Notes: generated by a model not told the origin, from the letters alone. Positions 1-8,875 are shown, numbered from the stretch's first letter. The stretch: 17,961 nt of DNA from Vulcanimicrobiales bacterium (GCA_038215615.1 JBBQQR010000030.1:1-17961), one strand, 5' to 3'. Numbers and translations are program-made.

Positions 1-210
1 TGCTTTTAACGCAATTTGAAGATTGAGCCGGTCATCACTGGAGACCGGAATGATGCAGATCGCTTCAGCCAGGCCGGCTTTGCGCAGCGTTTCATCGTCG
101 GCGGGCCACAGTTGCGCCACCTCGTGCCCGCGCGTCGCACGCAGCTCCTCGCAGACGCGCCGGGCAAGGTCATCACCGCCAACGACAATAATCAAAGGCA
201 GCTCACGCAT
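1..210 (-). CDS. TrkA-N/RCK (NAD-binding) domain protein, potassium channel/transporter family; 5' part only, runs off the left edge
   Basis: Not in the ORF track. Manual translation from ATG at 210 gives MRELPLIIVVGGDDLARRVCEELRATRGHEVAQLWPADDETLRKAGLAEAICIIPVSSDDRLNLQIALKA..., with a Rossmann-like IIVVGG start, 'ETLRKAGLAEA' and 'SDDRLNLQIALKA' as in RCK N-lobes. GGAAGG SD-like sequence upstream. Confidence 0.8.
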   Translation of the reverse strand, partial: MRELPLIIVVGGDDLARRVCEELRATRGHEVAQLWPADDETLRKAGLAEAICIIPVSSDDRLNLQIALKA

Positions 211-793
211 GACCGAACCTTCCACAGACAACGGGAAGCTCCGCCGCGCACACCCGCTCGCAATCTCGCTGATCGCACGACTCCGCGCGACGCCGAACGC
301 GCGTGTCTTGGAGATCGGAGCCGGGACGGGACGCAATACCGAAGCTATACGTGCAGCCGGACTCCAAGTCGAGTCCGTGGCGGATGGCGCTCCGATGCCT
401 GCACGCGAAAAATACTACGACGCGGCGCTGAGTACGCACGCGCTGCTCCACGGAACCCCGGGAACCGTTGCGGCTTGCCTTGCGACGATTTCAACCGCGC
501 TAAAACCGGGTGCGCCGCTGCACGCGACGTTCGCGTCGACACTCGATGCGCGATTTGGAAAAGGTCAGCGAATATCGAAACACGTGTTCGCCGCCGAAAC
601 CGGCGACGAAGCCGGCGTGCCGCACGTGTATTTTTCGCGCGACGAATTACGCTTGCTGTTGGAAGCGAACTACGACGTCGAGGCGATTCAAGAAACCGCC
701 GCGGACGACATTGTCGGCACGTGGGCCCACCGCGACCTCCTGCAGGGCGTCGTCCACTGGTTTGTCAGAGCAATTCGCCGCTTGTCTGCTTGA
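209..793 (+). CDS. Class I SAM-dependent methyltransferase
   Basis: Motif I RVLEIGAGTGRN and 'YDAALSTHALLH...LKPGA'. ATG at 209 is preferred over the ORF-track start at 23; the exact start is uncertain. Confidence 0.85.
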   Translation: MTEPSTDNGKLRRAHPLAISLIARLRATPNARVLEIGAGTGRNTEAIRAAGLQVESVADGAPMPAREKYYDAALSTHALLHGTPGTVAACLATISTALKPGAPLHATFASTLDARFGKGQRISKHVFAAETGDEAGVPHVYFSRDELRLLLEANYDVEAIQETAADDIVGTWAHRDLLQGVVHWFVRAIRRLSA

Positions 794-796
794 GCG

Positions 797-1021
797 TTAG
801 GCCCCGGCCGCGCGGCGCCGGCTGATAAAATCAGCGGCGATCCACGCCGACCCGCCGCCGCGGATTTCGATGGCGGCCACCGTGTATATGACGATTTCGC
901 GAGGAGTTTCCGCGAGGGTCATGACCTGTTGCCAATTGCTGATCCTATGCCACACCTGCGCACAGATGCCGAAACCGGCTGCCCCCAAACCGTATAGGCA
1001 ACGGCTTAGGGAGTATTTCAC
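797..1021 (-). pseudogene. Short membrane ORF, probably an internally deleted DoxX-like membrane protein gene
   Basis: 74 aa. The N-terminal part (LYGLGAAGFGICAQVWH..WQQ..EIVIYTVAAIEI.GG) and the C-terminal part (GSAWIAADF) resemble, from memory, the two ends of a much longer DoxX-like multi-TM family. Confidence 0.4.
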
Positions 1022-1030
1022 CGGCGCTCG

Positions 1031-1819
1031 TTAGACCGCCGGTTCAACGGTAATGAGGTCGCGCATCGGACTCGACGCGTTCGCGTGAAGTCGTTTCTCC
1101 ATCCGTCCTGCGAGAAACGCCAGCCGCCCGGCTTCGATCGCCCGTTTCATCGCTTCGGCCATCATCACCGGTTCCTTAGCAGCTGCGATACCTGTATTCA
1201 TGAGCACCGCATCGACGCCGATCTCCATCGCGATCGCCGCATCGCTCGCTGTACCAACCCCCGCATCCACTATCACCGGAATCCTTGCGCGCTCTTTAAT
1301 GATGCGGATCGAATACGGATTGCAGACCCCCAGCCCGCTGCCAATCGGCGCCGCCAGCGGCATTACCGCAGCGCAGCCGAGCTCTTCCAGCTGCTTGCAA
1401 GCGATTGGATCGTCGACGATGTAGGGCAACACGGTAAACCCGTCGCGCACGAGTTCCTCGGCCGCGGCGAGCGTTTCGCGCGTATCGGGGTAGAGCGTTT
1501 GCGCGTCCCCGATAACCTCCAGCTTGATAAGATCGGTTTCGCATAACTCGCGGGCGAGTTGCGCTGTCAGAACGGCCTCTTTGGCGCTGTAACAGCCGGC
1601 GGTATTCGGCAGAATCGCGTAACGCGAACGGTCGATGTAATCGAGCAGCGTCCTGCCGCTCTTGTCATCGAGGTTGATCCGACGGATCGCGACCGTGACC
1701 ATTTGCGCGCCGCTGGCTGCGTGCGCGGCTTGCATCACGTCCAGCGACGGATACTTGGCCGTGCCCACGATAAGGCGCGACGTTAGTTCGAGTTTGCCGA
1801 TGCGCAACGAATCTTGCAT
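1031..1819 (-). CDS. thiG: Thiazole synthase ThiG
   Basis: [25 protein letters not shown] (Schiff-base Lys), [30 protein letters not shown]; directly downstream of thiS. Confidence 0.98.
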   Translation of the reverse strand: MQDSLRIGKLELTSRLIVGTAKYPSLDVMQAAHAASGAQMVTVAIRRINLDDKSGRTLLDYIDRSRYAILPNTAGCYSAKEAVLTAQLARELCETDLIKLEVIGDAQTLYPDTRETLAAAEELVRDGFTVLPYIVDDPIACKQLEELGCAAVMPLAAPIGSGLGVCNPYSIRIIKERARIPVIVDAGVGTASDAAIAMEIGVDAVLMNTGIAAAKEPVMMAEAMKRAIEAGRLAFLAGRMEKRLHANASSPMRDLITVEPAV

Positions 1820-1820
1820 G

Positions 1821-2021
1821 TTACCCCCCGGCTACCGCGCGAATAATCTCAACACGATCTCCATCCTTTACGATCTCTTGCGCGAACGCGGCGCGGCGAA
1901 CGACGCGATCGTTTTTCGCCACCGCGATACCGCGCTCGGGCGCGTCGATATGCACCAGCAACCGCTCCATCGTCATGCCGTCGGGAAGTTCGCGCACCTC
2001 GCCGTTAACCGTCGCCTTCAT
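1821..2021 (-). CDS. thiS: Sulfur carrier protein ThiS
   Basis: 66 aa MKATVNGE...[13 protein letters not shown] with a C-terminal GG; ends 1 nt before the thiG start. Confidence 0.96.
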   Translation of the reverse strand: MKATVNGEVRELPDGMTMERLLVHIDAPERGIAVAKNDRVVRRAAFAQEIVKDGDRVEIIRAVAGG

Positions 2022-2032
2022 CACTGCTACGC

Positions 2033-3691
2033 TTACATGTTGGTATACACGGGGCCCTCCCCGCCTTGCGGGGGAACCCACGTGATAATTTGGTAGGGAT
2101 CCATGATGTCGCACGTTTTACAGTGGACGCAGTTGGTGAAGTTGATTTGCAGCCGGCCTTCAACCTCACCCACACCGTCCTTCTTCTCAAAGAACGGTTC
2201 GTAGACTTGGGCCGGGCAAAAATATTGACACGGATTGCCGTACTCGACAGTGCAGCGATCGCGGCAAACGTTTGTATCGGCAACCTTCAAATGTGACGGC
2301 TGATTTTCTTCGTGCGAAACGCCGCTATTATACACATCCGTGAGCCTTCCGAACGTCAGTACGTTATCGATCTTCGCGCGCGGCGTTTCTTTCGGTTTGT
2401 AACCGGCCTTTTCCATGCGCGCATAACCCGCTTTGCCGGGCAGCTTGTTTTTAAATCCGAAGCCGCGCCCGCCGGTGATCATGCCCAGGCTGACGTTGAG
2501 CATACCCGCGACCAAACCGCCTTCGAAGCCTTGATGAAAGTTACGCGCCGCAAAAAGTTCGCGATATGCCCACGAGTCTTTGAATCTGCTTTCCATCGCG
2601 GAGAGGCGCGCCGAACCCGTGTCGCCGGCTTGCAATGCTTCAAATGCGGTTTCGGCGGCGAGCATCCCAGACTTCATCGCCAGGTGAATGCCCTTGAGGC
2701 GCATGCCGTTTAGAAAGCCGGCCGAATCTCCCACGATGAGCAGCCCGTCACTATACATCCGCGGCATCGCGAAAAGTCCGCCTTCGGGAATGGCTTTGGC
2801 GCCGTAGCGAACGAGCGTCGCGTTCGCAAGCAGCGCACGAATGGCGGGATGCTGCTTGAATCGCTGTAGTTCATTGTGCGGATCGGTCGTCGGATTGAGA
2901 TAATCGAGGCCCGTCACAAATCCGACGTCGAGTATGTCCTCCTGCATTCCGTACACGAAGCCGCCGCCGAATGTTTCGGGCGGCAACGGATAGCCGAGGG
3001 TGTGAATCACGCTGCCGGGCTGCACGCGCCCGGGTGGGCAGTGCCACAACTCTTTAATGCCCGCCGCATAAACTTGCGGCTCGCGTCCCGCGTCCAGCTG
3101 CAGTCGCGCTTCGGCCTGCTTGGCAAGCGTCCCGCGCGGACCTTCGCCGAGCACCACGATCTTCGCCAGGATATCCGCGCCCGGCTCGTAGTTCGGTTTT
3201 GGATCGCCGTTCTTGTCAACGCCTTTGTCGCCCGTGCGCACGCCGATCGCGCGTTCCCCGTCCCACAGCAATTCTTGTCCAGGAAACGACGGAAAGACTT
3301 GCGCGCCGGCCTCTTCCGCCTTCGCGCCCAGCCACTTCACGATCTTTTGCAGCGACGCGACGTACTTTCCGCGATTGTTCATCATCGGCGGATTGATCGG
3401 TGCTTTTATTTTGGTGTTCCCGGTGAGAAACCACAACTGATCGCTGGTGACTTCCGACTCGACCGGCGCCTCCGCGCGCCAATCAGGCAAAAGCTCGTTC
3501 AGCGCCTTTGGATCCATCACGGCGCCGGAGATTCCATGGCTGCCGATCTCGCCGCTCTTGTCGATCACGAGCACTTCCAGCTCGCGTCCGGCGGCCTTCG
3601 CTAACTGCATCAGGCGAATCGCGCCCGCCAAATTAGCCGGGCCTGCGCCCACGAATAGGACGTCTACTTCAAGCGATTCACGATCGGGCAT
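2033..3691 (-). CDS. Electron transfer flavoprotein-quinone oxidoreductase (ETF-QO, fused FixC/FixX type)
   Basis: DVLFVGAGPANL FAD motif, ISGAVMDP, YGAKAIPEGG, GDSAGFLN..RLKGIHLAMKSG, and a C-terminal Fe-S region FCPAQVYE...NCVHCKTCDIMDP. Start taken at MPDRESLEVD (3691). Confidence 0.95.
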   Translation of the reverse strand: MPDRESLEVDVLFVGAGPANLAGAIRLMQLAKAAGRELEVLVIDKSGEIGSHGISGAVMDPKALNELLPDWRAEAPVESEVTSDQLWFLTGNTKIKAPINPPMMNNRGKYVASLQKIVKWLGAKAEEAGAQVFPSFPGQELLWDGERAIGVRTGDKGVDKNGDPKPNYEPGADILAKIVVLGEGPRGTLAKQAEARLQLDAGREPQVYAAGIKELWHCPPGRVQPGSVIHTLGYPLPPETFGGGFVYGMQEDILDVGFVTGLDYLNPTTDPHNELQRFKQHPAIRALLANATLVRYGAKAIPEGGLFAMPRMYSDGLLIVGDSAGFLNGMRLKGIHLAMKSGMLAAETAFEALQAGDTGSARLSAMESRFKDSWAYRELFAARNFHQGFEGGLVAGMLNVSLGMITGGRGFGFKNKLPGKAGYARMEKAGYKPKETPRAKIDNVLTFGRLTDVYNSGVSHEENQPSHLKVADTNVCRDRCTVEYGNPCQYFCPAQVYEPFFEKKDGVGEVEGRLQINFTNCVHCKTCDIMDPYQIITWVPPQGGEGPVYTNM

Positions 3692-3749
3692 CTCGGCGTG
3701 AGCTTCGCGGGCGGACGAGCGCATACCTTAGCCGAACACGGCGCGAGTC
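3692..3749. promoter_or_regulatory. Putative back-to-back promoters with a GG-N18-CGAA motif on both strands
   Basis: 58-nt divergent gap. Minus strand: AGG(3728-3726)-N18-CGAA(3707-3704)-N12-ATG. Plus strand: CGG(3712-3714)-N18-CGAA(3733-3736)-N13-ATG. Confidence 0.5.
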
Positions 3750-4379
3750 ATGAAGATACAAATCGGCGTGATGGGCTCGGCCGGCGGCTCGATCGCCGAC
3801 AGCGAGCTAGCCCTTGCGGCGCGTCTGGGCAGGCGGATTGCCGAGCGCGATTGCACCATCGTCACCGGCGCGTGTCCCGGCCTGCCGCACGCCGCGGTCA
3901 TCGGGGCGCACGAAGCCAACGGCCTCAGCCTGGGCGTTTCGCCGGCGCTTTCGCCCGAAGAGCACGTCAACGTCTACGGTTCGCCGCTTCAGCCGTACAC
4001 GACGATCGTATTTACCGGCTCGGGATTGATGGGACGCGAAACGCACAATATCCACAGCTCGGATTTTGTGCTCTTCGTCGGCGGCCGCAGCGGAACGCTC
4101 GGCGAATTTTGCATCGCGTATGATGAAGGCAAGCTGATCGGCATCTTGCTCAACTCCGGCGGCATCTCCAACGACTTCTCGGCGATCGTGAAACTCGTGC
4201 ATAAAGAGACCGGCTCGATCATCCTTTACGATGAGAACCCGGAGATGCTGGTCGACCGCTGCCTGGAAAAATACCGCACCGAACCGATTCCCAGTTCGCA
4301 CGCCTTCGATCGCCATTCGAAGTCGGCCATGCCTCCGCCGCGCCCGCGCCTGCGCATCGTGCAGGAATCCGGTGGCTGA
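3750..4379 (+). CDS. LOG/SLOG-family Rossmann-fold nucleotide-binding protein (TIGR00725-like)
   Basis: IGVMGSA, VTGACPGLP, VGGRSGTLGEF (variant of the PGGxGTxxE LOG motif), GKLIGIL. Confidence 0.88.
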   Translation: MKIQIGVMGSAGGSIADSELALAARLGRRIAERDCTIVTGACPGLPHAAVIGAHEANGLSLGVSPALSPEEHVNVYGSPLQPYTTIVFTGSGLMGRETHNIHSSDFVLFVGGRSGTLGEFCIAYDEGKLIGILLNSGGISNDFSAIVKLVHKETGSIILYDENPEMLVDRCLEKYRTEPIPSSHAFDRHSKSAMPPPRPRLRIVQESGG

Positions 4380-5724
4380 GCTCACGTTTGTAGGTGCGGC
4401 CGGAACCGTTACCGGCAGCAAACATTTGCTCAGTAGCAACGGGCGGCGAATCTTCATCGATTGCGGGCTCTTTCAAGGAGCGTCCAATGTCGTCGCCCTC
4501 AACAGCGTCCCGCTCCCCGTTCCAGCCGCGCAGATTGACGCCGTCGTTATTACGCACGGCCACATCGATCACATCGGATACTTGCCCAAACTCGTGCGCG
4601 ATGGTTTCAAGGGCCCAATTTTTGCGACCGTTCCGACCCGCGCGCTCATGAATATCGTGCTCGCGGACGCAGCGCATCTGCAGCAGCATTTGAAGAAGCG
4701 CGGCTTTCACGAAGAGCCCTACGCGCCGCCTCCGTTCTATGACGAAGCGGACGTTGCGCAAACGATAGCGCAAACCAAAGGCTTCGAGCTCGAAAAGCCG
4801 TTCGATGCGGCCGGTTTTTCGGTTGTTTTTAATAACGCTGCGCACATCATCGGCTCGGCGTTCGCGTGCATCGAAGCCGAGGGGCGCCGCGTCATCTTCT
4901 CCGGCGATATCGGGCGCTACAATCGCACGCTGCTTTACGATCCGGCGCCGATAGGCGAGGCCGATGTGCTCGTTTGTGAATCGACGTACGGCGACCGCGT
5001 ACATCCGCCCGACGCACTTGCGCAGCTCGGCGAGATGCTCTCCGCCGGCGTCGCCCGCGGCGGCGCCATCGTCATTCCGGCATTCGCCGTCGAGCGATCG
5101 CAAGAGATTCTTCTGTCGATAGGCCAGCTCCAGCGGACGGTTCCAGCACTCGCGCACGTGCCGGTCTTTCTCGACAGCCCCATGGCCGCGCGTGTCGACC
5201 AACTCTTCACCGACTATCCGGCTTGGCATAAACCGGTCGCGTTTGAAACTGACGGCAAGCCGTTCGGCTGCAACAACCTTACGGTTGCGGTGGAAACCGA
5301 GCAATCGAAAGCGATCAACAATGTAACAGGGCCGCACATCATCGTCTCTGCCAGCGGCATGGCCGCCGGCGGACGCGTACTTCATCATTTGCACAATCAC
5401 GTATCCGATCCGAAGTCGACGATTCTTTTCGTCGGCTTTCAAGGAGCCGGCACGCTCGGGTTTCTGATGACCAACGGCGCGAAAACGGTGAAAATCTACG
5501 GCGATGTCTTAGCGGTAAAAGCCACGACCGGCATCATTTCAGGCTACAGCGCCCACGCCGATCGCAACGAAATCCAGCAATGGCTGAACACCTGCACGAG
5601 CAAGCCGACCTACTATGCCGTGCACGGCGATCCCGTTTCAGCGCAATCGCTTTGCGATCTCGTTAAAACGAAGTACGGCTGGGATGCTCACGTCGCCGCC
5701 CGCGGCACGACGGTGACGATCTAG
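4372..5724 (+). CDS. Metallo-beta-lactamase/beta-CASP ribonuclease
   Basis: LTFVGAAGTVTGS, DCGLFQG, HGHIDH, AHIIGS, SGDIG, ESTYG, PAFAVERSQE, SGMAAGGR, SAHAD, VHGD. GTG at 4372 follows AGGA and overlaps the LOG stop. Confidence 0.95.
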   Translation: MAELTFVGAAGTVTGSKHLLSSNGRRIFIDCGLFQGASNVVALNSVPLPVPAAQIDAVVITHGHIDHIGYLPKLVRDGFKGPIFATVPTRALMNIVLADAAHLQQHLKKRGFHEEPYAPPPFYDEADVAQTIAQTKGFELEKPFDAAGFSVVFNNAAHIIGSAFACIEAEGRRVIFSGDIGRYNRTLLYDPAPIGEADVLVCESTYGDRVHPPDALAQLGEMLSAGVARGGAIVIPAFAVERSQEILLSIGQLQRTVPALAHVPVFLDSPMAARVDQLFTDYPAWHKPVAFETDGKPFGCNNLTVAVETEQSKAINNVTGPHIIVSASGMAAGGRVLHHLHNHVSDPKSTILFVGFQGAGTLGFLMTNGAKTVKIYGDVLAVKATTGIISGYSAHADRNEIQQWLNTCTSKPTYYAVHGDPVSAQSLCDLVKTKYGWDAHVAARGTTVTI

Positions 5725-6194
5725 CTCAGAAGTACCTTGGGCGGAATCAGCGAGTGCAACTCACCGGTCATGGTTGAGGCGTCGGGGAGTTCGACGCACG
5801 CCAGGCCGCCTTTTTTCAAGTCCATTCGGGCGACGCCGATCAGCCGGCCGATGGTCGCGCTCATGCTCGGCTCGTGACCGACAAGCATGAGCACCTTTAG
5901 CCCGACGTGATCTTTCAATATCTCTTCCAGACTTGAGACATCGAAATCGCCTCCGAGCCGATCGTCTTCTTTGGGAGCAATCTTAAGCGCATCGGCCACA
6001 ATGGCGGCGGTCTCTTTGGCGCGGACAAGCGGGCTCGCGAGGATCGCGTCCACACTGAGGTCCAGTTTTCGGATCGCCCTCGCCTCATTAGCCATACGAT
6101 CGCGCCCGTCGCTTGTCAGGGGACGATCGTAATCGTTGCCCTTCCAATCCTCAGGCTCAACCGCGACACCGTGGCGCAAGAAGTAAATTTTCAC
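5721..6194 (-). CDS. sixA: Phosphohistidine phosphatase SixA (histidine phosphatase family)
   Basis: LRHG, DYDRPLT..G, ASPLVRAKETA, LVGHEP, LKKGG. Confidence 0.9.
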   Translation of the reverse strand: MKIYFLRHGVAVEPEDWKGNDYDRPLTSDGRDRMANEARAIRKLDLSVDAILASPLVRAKETAAIVADALKIAPKEDDRLGGDFDVSSLEEILKDHVGLKVLMLVGHEPSMSATIGRLIGVARMDLKKGGLACVELPDASTMTGELHSLIPPKVLLS

Positions 6195-7436
6195 TTAGTC
6201 GTGCGTCCACTCCAACATCGTCTTCCACTGCGGTTTAGGGAAGCGCTCCTTGCTTTTGATGGTATCGACGTACTTGCGTTTGCCGCTGCGGTTGCCTTTG
6301 CCCATAAATAGGCCGCCGACGAGGCGGTCTTCCCAGAAGTAGAGCGCGCGGTACCATTTTTTCTCGTTATCGACTATGAAGACGGTTTCGATGTCCTTGC
6401 GATACTCGGGCGAAAGGCCGAACTGCGTGATCGTCTGCCCCTTGAAAAGCAAACTCGAATACTCCGGTACGTCGTGATACTTCTCGCTGCCGCCCATCAT
6501 ATTTTGCGCGGCGACTTTGCCGTGCGCGCCGGCGTTGTTCCAGGTTCCCATCCGGTAACGCATCTCTAAAATCGGATCGTAGAAATCGGCAATGTCGCCC
6601 GCGGAGAAAATGCCCTTGACGTTCGTCTCCAACCCATCGTCGCACAAAATACCGTTGGCGCTGGTCTCGACCCCGCTGCCGTCGAGCACTTCGGTATTCA
6701 TCGTTAACCCGAGCCCAACGCCGTAGCACTGCGCTTCGATCTCGATGCCTTTTTTCGTGCGGATCTTCTTGACCAAACCGTTATCGCGCACGAATTCGGT
6801 AATCTCATCACCGTAATGCATGTGCACGCCGTCGGTTTTCGCGGCCTCGTCGATCAGATTGCCGGCAACGTCGTCAAGCATGCGCGAAAGCGCATACGGC
6901 CCACGCATCAACCAGTGTGTCTCAACTTTACGCGAAACAAACGCTTCGGCCAACTCGTAGGCGATGAAAGACCCGCCTATCGCCACGCCCGCCTTCGCGG
7001 TTTCCAATTCTTGCGAGATCGCTTTGGTATCGCTCATGTACTGAAAGTTGTAAACGTTGCCGCCGTCGTAACCCGGTGCCGGATGAGGATTCGGCCGGCC
7101 GCCCGTGGCAACCAGCATCGCATCGTATGGATAGGATTTGCCTGCGGCTTGAACGACCTTTTCGGCGGGAACGACGCAATCGACGCGGGTCTCCAAATGC
7201 AGCTCGATGTTTAACTTTTCGTGCCACGCGAGATCGCGCATGATGACTTTTTGTTCGGTCACCTGCTTGCGCAACATCGGCGGCAGCGCGATCCGGTTGT
7301 AGAGCGTGTAGGGTTCGTCGGTGAAAAGCACGATCGAGCAAGATGGATCGTGTTTGCGCAGCTGCTCCGCCGCCGTCGTGCCTGCAAAACCGTTTCCGAC
7401 GATCACGTAGCGCCGAGAATCTCCAACCAAACTCAC
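6195..7436 (-). CDS. NAD(P)/FAD-dependent oxidoreductase (ferredoxin/rubredoxin-reductase or NirB N-terminal type)
   Basis: YVIVGNGFAG, YNRIALP, ATGGRP, IGGSFIAYE, FSAGDIA, WNNA..HG..AA.NM. Start probably GTG 7436 or TTG 7430. The stop abuts the sixA GTG. Confidence 0.9.
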   Translation of the reverse strand: MSLVGDSRRYVIVGNGFAGTTAAEQLRKHDPSCSIVLFTDEPYTLYNRIALPPMLRKQVTEQKVIMRDLAWHEKLNIELHLETRVDCVVPAEKVVQAAGKSYPYDAMLVATGGRPNPHPAPGYDGGNVYNFQYMSDTKAISQELETAKAGVAIGGSFIAYELAEAFVSRKVETHWLMRGPYALSRMLDDVAGNLIDEAAKTDGVHMHYGDEITEFVRDNGLVKKIRTKKGIEIEAQCYGVGLGLTMNTEVLDGSGVETSANGILCDDGLETNVKGIFSAGDIADFYDPILEMRYRMGTWNNAGAHGKVAAQNMMGGSEKYHDVPEYSSLLFKGQTITQFGLSPEYRKDIETVFIVDNEKKWYRALYFWEDRLVGGLFMGKGNRSGKRKYVDTIKSKERFPKPQWKTMLEWTHD

Positions 7437-7520
7437 TACCAGGCCGCCTTTCGGCGCTAAGCGAAAACGCTCCCGTAGATGGAAGTTCGGCTGGTGCAAT
7501 TGCTGGCTTCATTCATTAGC

Positions 7521-7811
7521 GTGAGCGCCGATTACGCGCTCGCTCGACTGGAATTTGCGCTACGCGATCCGGCCGTGCCGGCTCCGCCGGTTATCGAACG
7601 GCTCCCCGACGCTTCGGAAGAATCGCTGCGCGGCCGCTGGCCTCACGTCGAGGCCCAGCTGGACGCGGCCCTGGCCTACGCGAAACACCTTCCCCCCGCC
7701 CGCAGTAACGACGATGAGAAAGGCCCCTCCGCCTGGCTCCGCCGGACGGTCCGCGAAATGGACCAGTACGCGCGCGCCATTCGATGGGTGCTCACGGTGA
7801 CTGAGCGATGA
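7521..7811 (+). CDS. Hypothetical helical protein
   Basis: Fills the gap divergent from the oxidoreductase. Stop overlaps the next ATG (ATGA). Start is GTG 7521, or ATG 7479. Confidence 0.7.
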   Translation: MSADYALARLEFALRDPAVPAPPVIERLPDASEESLRGRWPHVEAQLDAALAYAKHLPPARSNDDEKGPSAWLRRTVREMDQYARAIRWVLTVTER

Positions 7812-7993
7812 ACGACGAGACAATCGAAAAAGCCAAAAAGCAAGTGCAAGACGCGTTCGAGCAAACCAAGCCCCAACTCGAAGAAGCTGCCAATCAATTA
7901 ACGAGCCTCTTCAAGAAGGGCGCCGCGAAGGCCATGAAGGCGGCGGACGCCGCTTCGCAGGCGATCCGCGACGACATCAACAAGCGCCCCTAA
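7808..7993 (+). CDS. Small Ala/Lys-rich amphipathic helical protein
   Basis: 61 aa, ATGA-coupled to the upstream gene, host-like codon usage. Confidence 0.75.
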   Translation: MNDETIEKAKKQVQDAFEQTKPQLEEAANQLTSLFKKGAAKAMKAADAASQAIRDDINKRP

Positions 7994-7995
7994 CG

Positions 7996-8817
7996 CTACT
8001 GCGTAAAAACTGAGCGCAGCACAAAATATCCGGGCACGTTCTGACAGAACGCTTTGCCCGGCGCATATTTCGCTTTGCGCGCTTCATCGACCACGGACTG
8101 ATCGAGCATCGGCGTACCGATCGGCTCCCACACCCACGCATCGACGACGCTCCCATCGCGATCTACCGCGACGACCACGACCGTCACACCGGTCGGTCGC
8201 GCCGTCGGATCGTCACGCCCCAGGATACCCGGATAATGAAACGCGCCGGGCTTGGTGACTTGCACATCTGCGAACGGCTCGGCGCACGTGCCACTGAACG
8301 GTGCGTCGATCGCTTTCGCCGTTAGCGCGATTGGCGTTTTTGACAGCATCGGCATGGGTCGCGCCGCATTGCGCCTATCGCTCGGCGAGAACGGTGTGGG
8401 CGAACAGGCGACATCGCCATAACGGTCCCAGTTCATGAGCGCGTCTCCGGTGGCCCGAGCTTGTGCGACATATGCATACAAGACCGGATCGCGTGTAGGC
8501 AGCTTAACCATGATGTCGTCGGAAAGATAATCCTCGTGGCTAAACGTCATGCCTTGGTCGTTATAATTTTGCTGCAGCGCCTTGAACGGCGCGTTGTCAA
8601 ACGAAGCAGCATACCACCCTTTTGCAGTCTGCAGCCGCACGACGCCGCTGACGGTTCGCGGACTAATCGCGCCCAAACGAAGCCGCGCAAAATTCCCGTC
8701 CACCATAACCGGATCGCTCACGAGGGTCGCGGGGCAAAACTCAGCGGCCGCGTCGGCGCGCGAAACGCCCAGCAGACCAAGAAGAACAAAAGCTGCCATT
8801 GCGGCTAAGCGGCCCAT
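7996..8817 (-). CDS. Exported protein with C-terminal TonB-C-like domain
   Basis: Signal peptide MGRLAAMAAFVLLGLLGVSRADA. C-terminus YPG...GVTVVVVAVDRDGSVVDAWV...LDQSVVDEARKAKYAPG fits TonB_C. Confidence 0.75.
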   Translation of the reverse strand: MGRLAAMAAFVLLGLLGVSRADAAAEFCPATLVSDPVMVDGNFARLRLGAISPRTVSGVVRLQTAKGWYAASFDNAPFKALQQNYNDQGMTFSHEDYLSDDIMVKLPTRDPVLYAYVAQARATGDALMNWDRYGDVACSPTPFSPSDRRNAARPMPMLSKTPIALTAKAIDAPFSGTCAEPFADVQVTKPGAFHYPGILGRDDPTARPTGVTVVVVAVDRDGSVVDAWVWEPIGTPMLDQSVVDEARKAKYAPGKAFCQNVPGYFVLRSVFTQ

Positions 8818-8875
8818 GGGGCGCTTTTCGGTACTCCCGCAGGATTTGCTCTTGAACCCGGGCGAGTACGCGTCG

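Noticed and set aside
2022..2032. TPP riboswitch upstream of thiS
   Set aside because: The gap is only 11 nt and no riboswitch-like sequence was recognised.
4219..5442. Long alternative ORFs (4219-5442 -, 11772-12848 -, 2876-3604 +, 3807-4457 -, 16-825 +)
   Set aside because: They are antisense or off-frame shadows of well-supported genes in GC-rich DNA and have no recognisable motifs.
6195..7436. FAD oxidoreductase as the missing E3
   Set aside because: It lacks the redox-active CxxxxC and the C-terminal HPTxxE of dihydrolipoamide dehydrogenases.
8582..8875. N-terminal extensions in the ORF track (E1-alpha1 from 8582, E2 from 11830, beta-CASP from 4231, TonB-C from 9015, thiS from 2114)
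   Set aside because: They overlap neighbouring genes; family homology and coupling signals start at the downstream codons used here.
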